The notes below the pieces were generated by a model. It was not told the DNA's origin and ran no database searches. It saw only the letters and a program-made list of their open reading frames with translations. Below, piece after piece: positions 28,125 through 41,744 of a stretch of DNA of 64,000 nucleotides. Both the position numbers and the translations under genes were made by a program. Numbering within the stretch: the stretch's first letter is position 1; every line of letters begins with the position of its first letter. This stretch comes from Chiloscyllium plagiosum (Eukaryota): positions 72,596,583 through 72,660,582 of the forward strand of contig NC_057719.1 in NCBI RefSeq assembly GCF_004010195.1, written 5' to 3'.

Positions 28125-28625
28125 GGACACAACACCAGGTTGAGTGCAACAGATATATTTGGAAGTACTAGCTTTCGGAGTGCTGCTCCTTCATCATTCA
28201 GCAGGTTCATAAGACAGAATTTATAGCAAAAGATCACTGTGTCATGCAATTAAAACAATATATTGAACAAATCTAGATTCCTATTAATGTTTTAGAATGG
28301 GTTTCAGTTTGTCAATATGTAAATCACAGAACTCCTTTCCAGTCACATTCTCGAGATAACTTAGGGTTTTATAAAAAAAGTGAGATCGCTGTTCACACAG
28401 TGCATCAAAGGTGTGAGATTAGAGTCTGTCTGTAGCCCAATCTTGAGCCAGACTGGTCCTATTTCCAAAGTAGGATTAAAATGTTACATGGATAAACTGC
28501 TTGCATTGATTGCCTGCAGAAGGTGTGCTTTCTGACCAAATAGAATGTATCTGCAATTACAATTCTGCAAATGCGAATTCACCCCATAGACTTGTGTGAG
28601 GGAGAGTGTGTGTGTGTGAGTGAAT
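28125..28625 (-). mobile_element. Penelope-derived 3' segment (family B) ending in (TG)n
   Basis: acacaacaccaggt...ctagctttcggagtgctgctccttcatca, homologous to the 46452 element. Confidence 0.7.
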
Positions 28626-28629
28626 GTGA

Positions 28630-30930
28630 CAGTGGTATGGGAGGAGGTGTTCCAGAAAGGAAGGAAAGGAGGAAGTGTGGCACTCTTGATGAAGGAAATC
28701 ACTGTTGTGTCAGAGAAAGATGATACCTCAGAGGTGTCAAGGACAGAATCTAGTTGCTCACAGCTAAGGTACAAAAAGGCTATAATTACATTACTCATTG
28801 TATCCCATGGGCCACCAAGAAGTGAAAAAGACAAAGGCATGAAGTTAACAAAATCAGGGAGAAATAACAAGCATAATGATACCAGTATATAATGGGGGGA
28901 GTTCAATTTTGTGAATACAGATTAAGATAAAGTAGAATAAAAAGCAGAGGGGGTCAAATCTTCTGGAGTCTGTTAAATAGAACTTTTTCTATCAGTACGT
29001 TTCCAGTCTAATCAGAAAGGAGAAAACTGCTGGACTGGTTTCAGGGAATGAGGTGGGCCAAGTGCAGGGGTCATTTAGGGAACTGTGATCATTGGGTCAT
29101 AAGGTTTGGAAATGGAAAAGGACAATGAGCAAACCAGAGTAGAAAAAATAACGAGAGAGCCAACTTCAATGGAATGAGACTTGATTTAACCCAGATAAAC
29201 CAGAAGCAAAAATTGACAAACAAAACAGCAACCAAAACACAGGCTCTCCTTAGAAAGATAGAATATGAAAAAGGACTGGTAGCTGAGAGAGAGCATTCAA
29301 AAATCTTTGAGATATATAAAAATAATAAAGAAGATTTGGTAAATGGAGCTTTGTAGCAATCGGGGACCCAAAAGGAGACTTGTGCAGAGGGGCACAAGGC
29401 AGAGGCATACTGCATCTGTCTTTATCCAAGAAGGTGTTGCCCAAGTCACAGTGAAACACTAGGTACCTCAGACACTTGATAACTTAGAAGTTGATTAAGC
29501 ATTTGGCACCAGATAGCTAGCTATACCTAAAGGTAAGCCCCTACAAACTGATGAGATGTATTCAAGGATGCTGAGGGAAGTAAGGTAAAAATTGCAGAAG
29601 CACTGGTATAATTTTCCAATCCTCCTTCAATACATAGGTGGTGCTGAAGGACTGGAAAATTGCAAGTGCTAAACACTTCTTTAAAAAAAAATTGTCTTGG
29701 AATAAAATTAACAATCACTTGGACAATGCAGGTTAGTTAAGAAAAGCTGGCATGGAATCACACGAAAATTGTATTTAACTACACTGCAAGTTTTTTTTGA
29801 TGGGTAACATTGGTTAATAAAACTAATACTGTTCGTTTAGTGTTTATGGACGTACAAAAGCATCTGAATAAGTGTGACACAAGGACATGTTATAGTTCAT
29901 GGAACAAGTAGCACAGATGAATTTGGTTGAGTGACGACCAAAGTTCACCAAGTAGTGGTGAACAGAGCCTAGTGATCTAGAGGTAGATTTATAATAGAAT
30001 TTCAAAGGGTCAGTGCTAGGATCTCTGTACTTCTTATGTACTGAATGACCTAGACAGTGGTGGAAATTGCTCAATTTTGAAGTTTAACAACAAGACGAAA
30101 TTTCAAAGCACTGCGAACTGCAAAGACCTTAAAAGAACAAAGACAGGTTAGTGGAATGGGTAGACAAGTAGCAGATGCAATTTAATGCAGAGGAGTGTGA
30201 ATTTATTCAATTGGTAAGAAAACAGAAACAAGAGAAGGATAAATTCAAAACAGGAAGTCGGGAGCAAAAGGGTACAAATTATTTGCACAAATTACTGGAG
30301 GTGGCAGAGCTGATCAAGAATGTGGTTAAAAACCCATACTGACTCCTAGACATTAAAAATAGGGTTTTGGGCTGACAAAGCAAAATTGAGGCCAACCTGC
30401 ATAATGTACTGATTCAATCTCAACTGGAATATTATGTCCAGGTCTGGGCATCACACTTTAGAATGGATTGGAGGTAACACAGGGTAACAGTTTACAAGAA
30501 TGATTTCAAGGATCTGGTACTTAAACTACATATTTATAGAAGCTGCGACTGTTCTGCACGGAGGAGAGAACATTTGAGAGGATATCGGCTAGAGATTTTC
30601 AAAATCCTGAGGGGTTGTGAACAGTGTAGACAGAGACAACTGTTCCCTAAGTAGAATGATTAAGAACCAGGAGGAACAGGTTTAACATAATTGGCAAAAG
30701 ATGCAATGGCAACATTTTTCTTCAATGCATCAAATGGTTAGGATCTGTAAGGCAGATTCAATCACAGCATTCATGAAATTGGATTATCTGAAAAAGGAAC
30801 AAAAACTGCAAGGCTGCAGCAAAAAGACAGGGGAGTAGCAACAGGTAAACCGCTTTGTATACAGCCAGTATAGACGCGACTGAATGAAAGGCTATCCTTG
30901 TGTTGGCAGAAGTCCAAGATTTTATGATTT
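28630..30930 (+). mobile_element. Old degenerate CR1 ORF2
   Basis: GRKGG-VALL-KE endonuclease remnant, EDW--A RT remnant, EYYVQ-W and 3' region. Confidence 0.75.
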
Positions 30931-31014
30931 CATGATCTAATCTATACTGATCCCAACCATAAATTGCTGAGTTGCTACAAGTAGCCTCTGAAATATAATT
31001 TTTAAAACTTAATC

Positions 31015-31390
31015 AGGGGGATGTCAGCATCGCTGGCTAGACGAGCATTTATTGCTCACCACAAATTATCCTGGAGAAAGTATAAGACACCTCCTTGAAC
31101 CACTACAGATCATTATGGCATGATATACAAACAGTGCTGTTGGGAAGGAAATTCCAGGATTTTGACCCAGTGACAGTAAAGGAAGTTAATATGACAGTTT
31201 CAAATCAGGATGGCATGGCTTGGAGGAGATCTCACAAGTGGCAGTGCTCTCTTGTCCTTCCCGGTGATCGAGGAGATGGATTAGGAAGGTGCTGTTTTAG
31301 AAGCTGTGGTGAATTGATTAAGTACATCTTGTAGATGCTACACACTGGTACCACTGTGCACCTGTGGCAAAGAGAGTGAACGGCCAGTGA
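31015..31390 (-). mobile_element. LINE 3' fragment (same family as 17950-18320)
   Basis: gcatttattgc...gggaaggaaattccaggattttgacccagtgacagt. Confidence 0.65.
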
Positions 31391-33260
31391 AAGACAGCCC
31401 TGAACATCCACCTTCTATTCTGGGATTATCACTCATATCTTCTGTCTCCATTGTTGTTAATGCCCTGCAACAAAACTGGAGTGACCTCTCCAGAGCAAAA
31501 ACAGTGGCAAAGTGTATAGACTGTCTATCTGGTTGGGACAAAGAAATTCAAAGCACTATATCTGACCCCAGCTTGGTCACAAGAACTGTCGTAAAGACAA
31601 TACATTTAGAGATTAGTCCACATCTAGTTTCTAGTCCATGATTTTTGTCAGGGATTATTCCTTTAGCCTTCAAATCTCCCAAAGTATTTACAATGCTATA
31701 ATCCATAGTTAGGAGTATGGTTTATGTGCAGTAAGGCTCTTGTCCACACACCCCTTGGCCTGCACACCAGATGTCTGGGGAACCAAAATTCCTCAGGGTT
31801 TTTAGCTTGGGGTGAGAGGGATCCAGTTTCCATGTGTCACCATGAGAAGGTGTACAGACAAGAGACTTGCACATGCTTCTATTTTTTGTACTGATAGCCA
31901 GTAGTACAGATCAAAAATGAGAAGCAAACAAGCACACAAGCAGGAAACATGCTCACTCTCTTCACATTATGCAGCATATCAAACTGTTGGAGACATATTC
32001 TATCTTTAAGTCAGCTAGGTTTTCCATAAAGTTTAGTCAGACTTAAGCCCTGGAGAAGACATTCAAATATAGAAAAAAATCACCAAATATAGAACAAAGC
32101 AATGATGAGTGATAAGACCAATTAAATTCCACGGGTCGACATATCTTTACCAGGTAGCTTTGAAGATAGCAAATAAGATATACTGAAAATATATCATTTT
32201 ATTATGTGCTTAGCTTATCCAAAAATTCATATAAAAAGTGCAGAAACATTGTATATATTTGATAGCAAAAGTCTCAATATGCTTGCTTCAAAATAAATAC
32301 TAACATAATTTTACCAAAATACAATACTTAGGACTTCCAAACCCCCACACAGAGAATAAAAAATAATTAAATCAGTTTTGATATTTTGAAATACTGAGCC
32401 ACTTAATAATAAACCACTGAGCTTCTTCTCACATGCTCACAGGTCTAACAGTAGAAATTCACGTGGCAATGTAATAAGAGTAATTAGTGCAGGAAAATTT
32501 GCAGTAGGACATCATCAAGGGATAAAAAGGATTGAATATAAAAGAGAGATGCTGGAAGAAAATAATAATGAAGATCTATTAACTGGAAATGCATATTCCA
32601 TCATGTAACCAATCTCATATTTTCTACTTTACATGAGAAGAGTGCCGAGACAGAATTGGGAAGGGCGTGGGTGCCCTTCCGTCACACTGTTGAAGTATCC
32701 ATTTCAAGGGATAGCACCATGATCTCCTAACAATCTCACATGAATACATTCCAGTCGGAAATATTGGAAACTATGGAATTTTGCACTGAACAAAAGAGGT
32801 GCAGAATGCATGTTATTAAAACAAAGGTGGGCAATGTAAAATCATAATAAACATTTCTAAAAACACTAAAGAATTTATACAACATTGTATAAATTTAAAT
32901 AACTAAAATTCCTTTCCAAAATAACCACAAAAATCTATTTCAGGGTCTTGCTTCTGACCTCTGGTATTATAATGAGAAGCATGGATTCTACTTCACATGA
33001 GAAAGGGATAAATAGGATTTCTAGCACTACATGACAACATCTTGAGGAATTCAAGTGTTCATTGTAATTTTGATCATTTAGTTAGAAACATCAATTTTTT
33101 TCAAACATGTATTGCTTAGTTACCACAGAGCCATTGTTTTGGTAGTTCAAACATAAGTAGTCTTCGAGGAGAAAGTGAGGTCTGCAGATGCTGGAGATCA
33201 AAGTTGAAACTTTATTGCTGGAACAGCACAGCAGGTCAGGCAGCATCCAGGGAACAGGAG

Positions 33261-33296
33261 ATTCGACGTTTCGGGCACAGGCCCTTCTTCAGGAAT
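33261..33296 (-). ncRNA. Minimal hammerhead ribozyme motif, sense to STRN3 pre-mRNA
   Basis: Minus strand ATTC-CTGAAGA-A-GGGC-CTGT-GCCC-GAAA-C-GTC-GAAT: intact core, 4-bp stems I and II, GUC triplet. Confidence 0.75.
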
Positions 33297-34332
33297 GAGT
33301 AGAGAGTGTTCAGCATCCCCAAGTGGAAAATGAAGTGTTGTTCTTTGAACTTGCGTTAAGGAACACTGCAACAGATCTGGGACAGAAATGTTGGTGTAGG
33401 AACACAGTGGTGTGTTGAAGTGGAGGCAGTGGGAAACTCTGGGTCATGTTTTACAGACAGAGTGTAGGTGTTCAGCAAAGCGGTCATCAAATCTGTGTTT
33501 CATCTCCCCCGATATACAGGAGACCACATTCTGAGCAGTGAATGAAATAAATGAGTTGAGAGAAGTGCAGGTAAGCTGCTGCTTCACCTGGAAGGTGTGC
33601 CTGAGGCCTTGGATACTGAGGTTGGAGGAAGTAAATCGGCAAGTAAGTCACCTTGTGCAAGACCAACCCCTTCCCACAAACGTCACTTCAATATATTACC
33701 ACCTTTCCTGAGCTGTTAACAGTTCTGATGAAGAATCGCCAGACTCGAAATATTATCTTGCTTTCAAAGAACACAGAACATTACAGCACAGTCCAGGCTC
33801 TCTGACCCTCAATGTTGTGCTGACCTGTGAAACCAGCCTGAAGCTGAACTAACCTGCATTGTTGCATTATCATCCATATGTTTATCCAATGGCCATTTAA
33901 AAAGACATTAAAGTCGGTGAGTCTACTACAGTTGCAGGCAGGGAGTTTCACGCCATTACTACTCTCTGAGTAAAGAAACTACCCCTCTGACATCTGTCCT
34001 ATATCTATCACCGCTCAATTTAAAGCTATGTCCTCTCATGCTAGCCATCACTATCCGAGGAAAACGTCTCTCTCTGCTAACACGCCCTTCTTTAGGAATG
34101 AGCAGAGAGTGTTCAGCAGGAGAAGATAAAAGGTAGGGAGGAGGGACTTGGAGGAGGGGCGTTGGAAATGTGATAGGTGGAAAGAGGTCAAGGTTCTTCT
34201 TGACCTCTCCGCCTCCATCCTACTCCGACCTATCACCCTCACCTTGACCTCTTTCCACCTATCACATTTCAACGCCCCTCCTCCAAGTCCCTCCTCCCTA
34301 CCTTTTATCTTCTCCTGCTGAACACTCTGCTC

Positions 34333-34368
34333 ATTCCTGAAGAAGGGCCTGTGCCCGAAACGTCGAAT
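34333..34368 (+). ncRNA. Minimal hammerhead ribozyme motif
   Basis: ATTC-CTGAAGA-A-GGGC-CTGT-GCCC-GAAA-C-GTC-GAAT; predicted cut after C34364. Confidence 0.75.
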
Positions 34369-35799
34369 CTCCTGTTCCCTGGATGCTGCCTGACCTGCTG
34401 TGCTGTTCCAGCAATAAAGTTTCAAAAAACATATGTAGTGACAACCTTTCCATTTTGCATATTCTCATGAGTAGCTATGGCTGCTAAGAGATGTGTTAGG
34501 GTGGGAAGATACCAACATGTCAGACTGACAAAGTCAAAATACTACAAGTGCTGAAAATCTGAAACAGAAACATAAAATGCTGCATATACCAAAGAGATTA
34601 GGCAGCATTTTTGGAGAAAGAGAAATAAAGTTAAATTTGAAGTGGATGACCTTTGATCAGAACCAGAAAGAAGTTGGTGATATAATAGCTTTTGGTTGAG
34701 GGGCAAGAGAAAACAAGAAGAAAAGTCATTGATAAGGCATGTGATAGAAGTGATTGAATGATAAACAGACCACAAGACAGGTAATAGCAACAAAATATGG
34801 GTTGCTGTAAATTTTAATAGCAAAAATACAGCCAGCAGCTTCCGCCTAAAAAAAAGGAAGGAGTAGCCATGAACTACAGTTGTTGAGCTCAATGTTGATT
34901 CTGGAACACTTGAATGTTGACATTGGTTGATAATGTATCACCAGAGATGAGACATGGAAGAAAACAGATGAGAAATAGATGATATGAAGACAAAGAAAGG
35001 TTGAAAGCAGAGCTGATGAAATTTCTATTCAGGGTGAGAGCAGGGATCCCCATCAATAGAGTCATCAATGTACCTGAAATAAATAGTGGGAGAGGGAACC
35101 TGAACAGAACTGGAATAACATTTCAGGAATAAGCTTCTCCCAAATGAGTCCAAGGGACTGTCCTGTCATTTTTTTCCCCTGTTTTGTTAATGCATTGAGC
35201 ATTCAAACTCAGATTAGGTGGTCAGTGTTTATGAAACACATCGTTTAGCATGTTAAGCATGTTTTTGAGCTTCCAGGTGCCTGCTTATGCTCCATTTCAC
35301 TTAATCGCTAAACTCTTAAATCCTTTGCCTCCTCCATAATTCAACTGAAGTTTAACACAAGCTTAAGAAACTGCACCTCATCTTTCTACTTTGCAATTGT
35401 AATCAACAATTTTTGATCATAACCACTGTCTCCATTGTTTCAGGCAGGAGCTGATGATAACATTTCGATTTAAATGTCTATTAAACAAATCTGGTAGATA
35501 ACAACAGATTTCTTTAGCATTCCCCATTCTAATTATTATTTTCGATGCTCCACATATCGCAGACCTTCCCATTTTTATGTACTTTACAAAATTTCCCCTT
35601 TTCACTGTCAAACAATGTTTGTTTAAATCATGTCACACAGTTCATTTTTTACAGTTCTAATGAAGTCATCCACCTGAAACATTAACTTGGTTTCTTCCTC
35701 CACAGATGCTGAACACCTGCTGAGCAATTTCAGCACTTCTTGTTTTTATTGAAATACTGACTACCCAACATGGAGATGCAGTAATAATTTTAGTTATAC

Positions 35800-35940
35800 C
35801 TTCTTCTGTTCTTGAGCTGTCATGATCAGCCAGTCTGGAAGAGGTTGGCCTGGACTGAATCATGGTTCCAGATGGCATGTGAGGCAGCTCATCATCTCTG
35901 AGATCTGCAATCATATCCTGAAGCTTTGACCTGTTTACCC
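35800..35940 (-). CDS. STRN3: Striatin-3 cassette exon (~exon 9, 141 nt)
   Basis: ttacag|GG GTA AAC...GAA G|gtataa; (R)VNRSKLQDMIADLRDDELPHMPSGTMIQSRPTSSRLADHDSSRTEE; symmetric phase 1-1. Confidence 0.96.
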
Positions 35941-36666
35941 CTGTAAATGAAAGTCATCAGTAACTGTTCAATCACGTAGCAGAATTCTTGATGGTGTGAA
36001 ATAGGTTGAATAATTATTTATTTGCATTGGCCATTAAATGAAATATTTACCATAAATTTTTATGGAATCAAAACATCCAGAATGATATTTTATATACAAA
36101 CCCATATTCTGATGTATTCATGCTCTATGCTAACATTAAAACTTTTTCCCAATTAAGGAATTATAAGCAGGCCAAATTAAGAACACCTGCTACATTTAAC
36201 TTTAAATAGTTATTGAAATCAAAAATTAAAAGGCAATGTCTTTCTGATTCAGTTATACAGTAGATCATTTCATAGATTAGCAATGGAGAAAAAAAAATTA
36301 AAGAACTGTCTTTTGAGCAACATGAATAGAACACAAAACAAAGATAAAAGATTTTAATGCGTACACTAGGGGTGCAACAAACTAACAATTTAAATAATTT
36401 TGTCAAAAATTTATTTTCGTGATTATCCACACTTGTGTTCTCACTTACAATTGTTTGCCATTTCAGTTAAAATGAAAACACACTGGGGTACAAATACTGG
36501 GAGCAAAACATGAGACAAGTCATGTTTATTATTTTTCTCTTTACTGACCATATCTCATGGACCCATTAAGGTATTTCACTGTATAAAACAAAAATATCAG
36601 TTACTTTTTTTATAAGATGAGGAATTACTAATGCTAATTTAAATTTCTCAGATAGCAATTACTCAC

Positions 36667-36925
36667 CACAGTAATTACAATCCTCTATGGAGGGTCTTCC
36701 ATGTTGTCTGGTATGTATCACACCACCTAATGATACAGAGTTTGGGCGTAAGCCTTACTGTCCATTCACAGAATTAGTTTCCACCACAGGAATCTTCACA
36801 GGCCAGAAGAATGTGTGCAGCAAAGGGCCTTGTAGATAATGGATGTAGAAATTCTCTTGATTAACATCGCTCCTGGGCCATCTGGCGTTTCCAAATGGAG
36901 TCCTCACACTCCAAGAAAGCACAGT
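36667..36925 (-). other. Candidate stop-containing (poison) alternative exon of STRN3
   Basis: Acceptor tttcatattccttaacag|; donors GACA|gtaagg (36759) and TGTG|gtgagt (36667); in-frame TAA at 36861-36863. Confidence 0.45.
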
Positions 36926-39900
36926 CTGTTAAGGAATATGAAACTGAGGAGCGAGACCCAAACATAGACTGAAGGAGTTCATTCATCAAAACAGAGGAAT
37001 GGATTTAAGAGCCAAGAATTTTCTTATTCAGAAATGGCCAGTGTAAAGTTCAATGATAAAAGAGTAAATGCATAAATGAGCCTGGTAAATAACAGTACTT
37101 AAATGTTCAGTACAAGTTATGCATCTAGTCTCACCTCTGGAGTGAAACAAGCTGGCAATTGACAAAGAGCAAGGCATTGCCCAAAGGATCGTGAAACACT
37201 TAAAGAGAAAAAAACATTCCAGGCAAGGCAAAAATAAAAGAAGAATTGAGTTTAATGGTCCAGTTTATATCGCGCATCAGACACATCGTGTGGAACCTCA
37301 CGGCTGTTCAGTTAAGATATGAAAGGCATACAGAGTCTGTATCATTACATTTCACAGACACAGCCTCTCAAAAGCATGTGGTACCTCACAAAGACTCATA
37401 AACTAAACACTTTTCTGAGTTTTCTGCAACTCATCCTTACTTAGAGAACAGGACAAGTACTCTTATGCGTATAAAATTATACTTGCACATAACAGTAAGG
37501 TTCTCTGTTATCACATATAAAGTGCTTAAGTAGTTGCATACCAGTGGCATTTGCAACCGGCAAATTGACAATCTGTATATTGCAGAAAGAAAATTCTCAC
37601 TCTTAAGAGTGCAGCACTTTAAAGTACTTTAAATACCTTTCAATCACCCATTGACGAGGATCAGTTGATAGCATTATTTTGACCTGCCATTGAAAACAAT
37701 GCACAAGAGTGGGCAAAAACACATACAAAACATTTCACAAGGGAACTCCAATGGAAAAATAAAACTAACTGTTACCAGACCACCCTTAATAGCTCAGTAA
37801 GTGCAGCATCTAATGCAGTACAGAACCAGAAAGATTAAGAAATTACTAGAGTTGCTCAATGGTTTTCCACAAGTCAAAAAATCTCAGCTGGGTTCATTTA
37901 GGATGTTACAATTGATGGCAGTGTCACTAGGCTACCAAGGCATGAGTGAGTCGAAAGATGTGTTTTTATCTCTTGATAATTCTCCTGTGGCTCCTCAAAG
38001 AACATACAAAGGTATATGTCAGGCGAGGACAAATTCAAGGCCAACCGTGACACATTCCTCTCCTTCAAAGTACCCTGTTGAGGCCAACAGTCCAGGCCAC
38101 ACAAGAAAAATAATTACTTGAGCAAATATCAGATGGCTTTGAATGCCAGTGAAACAACTGGACCAAGAATAAACATCTTCAGCAGAGGAGGAGGAAATTG
38201 GAAGAGAGGCAGAGAAACTTAACTGTCACCGAAAAATGCCAGTCATGAAGAGGGTATTGATTCAAATGAATAATGTGTTCTGCCTTAATCAGATTTAATG
38301 TTTTGGAGTCTGATTCAATACTGAGTCTTGAACTCAATACTGAGAATGGCAGTAGCTTAGCATTTGTGACAATATCTTGTCCATACAAATGAAATTGCTG
38401 CAACATTATTTACTGTACTCAGCAAGTTACAGTTAAATCACAGTACTTTAAAAACCCTTGGAGACACATTTATATTCAATCAACCACCAGTAATTTCAAT
38501 CAATCATAGTGCTTCAATACTGTATGCCTACACAGAATCTGAAACTAAAACACAGAAGTTAAACAGCCTTAGCTACTTTCTGGTGGATATTGTTCTTCAG
38601 TTTTCTTAATTCAGCAGTTACTGTAAATAAATGTTCACAAAGTATAAAAATTACAAATACACATTCTGTTGAATGGTAAGTATTTATCCAAAGTTCAAGA
38701 TGTTAAGAGTTTCACTGATTTGTGACATTTGGGTGCATTACATTCTTATAAGTGAGCACTGGTTTGAAAACAAATAAGCTTTGATGAGAGCTACTGATGC
38801 CAATGTCTAAATCTTCAATTGTGATCTCAACATGCACTGTCGGACATGATCTCATGTAGCTAGTTTCAAAAAAACATTAAAGGGATGACATAAATATCAT
38901 TAACGCGTTGGTTTAATACAGTTGTTCTTGAAACATTTATTTTATTAAACTAAAATATGTGATGCCCTATTAGTTGATTCTTTACTTAATTATTTTCTAT
39001 GTAAAAGATCAATAACCCAGTCAATACATACTGCTCAAAGGTCATGTGGTACATCAACAGAACAAGTCAAACAAAAAAAAATATGCCGTGAAAAAACCAT
39101 AATTAATGATGATACACAACTAACCATCACTAAAGCACTATTACAGAAGCAGCGTACAAAAGCTCAACCAGATTCCTCTATGTTGCACAAAATAAACCTG
39201 CATATTTAAGGGGGGGAACTGTTTCATCAAAATGAAAAGCCAAAGCTGTAATGTCTAAAATACTGCAAGTGACAGACATTAATCTTCAACCTCCAAATTA
39301 TGGAAAATAAAAGTTGTGTACTAATACATGTACTCACATGCCCATAAACAAGTCTATTAATTAGTTAAAAATCACAAATGTTACAAGGGACAAACTTGAA
39401 ATTTTCACCTTACTGTGCACATTTTTCAACATAGTCCAGGACATTAAGCATTTATTTGGCAGTGATACAAGTAAGATTCATTTCACTGATTCTCAGCTAG
39501 ATTAACAATAACTACAACTTCAATGATTTACATCTAGTAGTGCCCAGTTTAGTCAGGGTACTGTGGTGTAATATTTACAAAATAATATTGACAAATGAGA
39601 CTGGAGTTAAGTTAAAACAATTCGTTTTGAATTTATCAGGAATACATAAATACTGACACTGAATTATTAAATCAAATTAATCTTTGAACTGTTCTCAACA
39701 ATGTCGCTCTTCCATAATGCATTTTTTCTCTTCTTTGGAGATTATTTATTCAAAACCGCTCAGTTTCAGCAATTACTTTAGGCAAAAATAAATGTATTAA
39801 GGATTCCATTAAAAAAAGGGCAAACAACTTTATGCTAGAAATAATGAAAATAAACTTTCAAAACTGTTTGTACTCAATCTTTAAAGTAGCTTCCTCACAA

Positions 39901-40060
39901 AGACATATACAGCTACCAGATTTAAGGATTTAAAATGGAAAATGCTTAAAAAGATCAAGAGAAAGGTGTTTAACAGTTTAACATTTGAGAACTTTCAGAC
40001 TGTCAATTAGCTCCCTTAAATTTACAAAATATTAGTGAGCTGAACAGCACTTCTTAAAAA

Positions 40061-40376
40061 TTAGATTAGATTCCCTACAGCGTGGAAACAGGCCATTTGG
40101 CCCAAAAAATCCACAATGACACTCCAAAGAGTAACCCTCCCAAACCCACTTCTCTCTGACTAATGCGCCTAACACAATGGACAATTTAGTATGGCCAATT
40201 CACCTGATCTGCACATCCTTGGACTGTGGGAAGAAACCGGAGCACCCAGAGAAAACCCAAGCAGACATGGGGAGAACGTGCAAATTCCACACAGACAGTT
40301 GCCAGAGGCTGGAATTGAACCCGGGTCCCTGGTGCTGAGAGGTTGCAGTGCTAACCACTGAGCCTCAGTGCCACCC
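40061..40376 (-). mobile_element. HE1-like V-SINE (tRNA head)
   Basis: Minus strand ggtggcac..gctcagtggttagcactgc...gggttcaattcc...gtgctccggtttcttcccacagtcc...ctgtagggaatctaatctaa. Confidence 0.88.
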
Positions 40377-41744
40377 TTAATATTTCTATTTTTATTTTAG
40401 ATTTTCAGCATCAACGGTACTTTCCTTTAACTTAGTGGGCCCCTGTTTTGCCTTTTTTTGTTGCAAACATATTGTGCTGGTCAGATGAAAGTAATCTCCC
40501 CATAAAATCTGCCCAAGTAAAAACTAATTTGTGCAATCTGAACTCTGTCTTTCGAGGATACGAACACAATATAAAGATTTATGTAAATCTTTTTTCAAAA
40601 ACAAGAATGTGTATGCTTTTTCAAATCTCAAACAGTAAATGGATACAAAGTAAACCCAGCTCTTTACAACCCAACACACTGCATTGGCTCAGGTCTTCTC
40701 TGGTATGTTTCATACAAGCACTGAAACACATTTACTTCCATACTTCATACTAATTGTGAAATTTAGATTAGTTTAATTTTCAGATTTTTGTAAGTAATGT
40801 GTAATATTTTGCTCAGCTTCTTGTCCATTAGATACTTCTCAGTTCTAATGCTACAATTATCATGTACATTTTCTTCTATTATCCAGTATGAGAGAAATAT
40901 ATGACAAATTTTCACATTGTTGATACTGAAACACTATAGAGTGTGCAGAATCATGGATTTAGCATGCATAGTATTTGTGATGATTACCAAGGGGGATGGT
41001 TGTAAAAACTGTCTGTCCTCAATGTAAGAATCATGAAAGTCCCTCTCACAAACTCTCCATTAGATTTGGATATCCTCAGCAAATTCATTTTTAAAACCAA
41101 ATTTCAATTTAAATATTTGATAGAAATCATAAAATAAAAAAATCTAAATTGCCTGGAATTTTAAAATTTGTCCAGCTCTTTTGGAAATAGTCACAGAACA
41201 GAATAAGGAAGTAAATTTTTTTTTACTTAAGGAAGGTTTTAATCTGCGAAAGTTTCTAAATGGAACGGCATCACGTTTAATCACTAATACACTAAACTAT
41301 ATTAAAAAAAGGACTTCAGGTTGACAAGCTTGCATTAATTGAATCAGTTTTCTTGTGCTAATGTTGCTTTGTTATGGGTGGGTGGGGGCGTGTGTCCATG
41401 TGCATGTGTGTGTTGAGAGGGGAGTCATTTCAAATATTTTTACTTAACCAGTATTTAAAACTCTTACCTTGTTGATTTTACAACAAATGAAAGCTTCCAA
41501 TATCTGAATCAGTACAGTTTTAAAAAAATAAACCTGAGGTTCAACCCCTCAAGGATTGACCTTGTTCAATTATTTTAAAATCAATGGTGAAATTCTAAGC
41601 AACTGACCACTTTCATCCTTCTGACAAAATTCTATGGAACTGATCACTTTAATCCTTTGATGAAACAATAATTGTCATATATATGTGTCACCTCGAGAAA
41701 CATATCAGTAAAAACACAAATTGTTGTGCACATCTTGCTACTTG

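Larger units (their letters stand above)
33162..34426. mobile_element. Composite fold-back PLE insertion (family A) enclosing ~770 bp of other repeats
   Basis: TSD aaacata[a/t]gtagt at 33149-33161 and 34427-34439; outer inverted arms 33205-33315 / 34316-34425; inner hairpin 34084-34194 / 34241-34348. Confidence 0.8.

Noticed and set aside
40290..40376. tRNA-like A/B boxes (also at 47557, 50640 and 57390)
   Set aside because: SINE heads; no full cloverleaf
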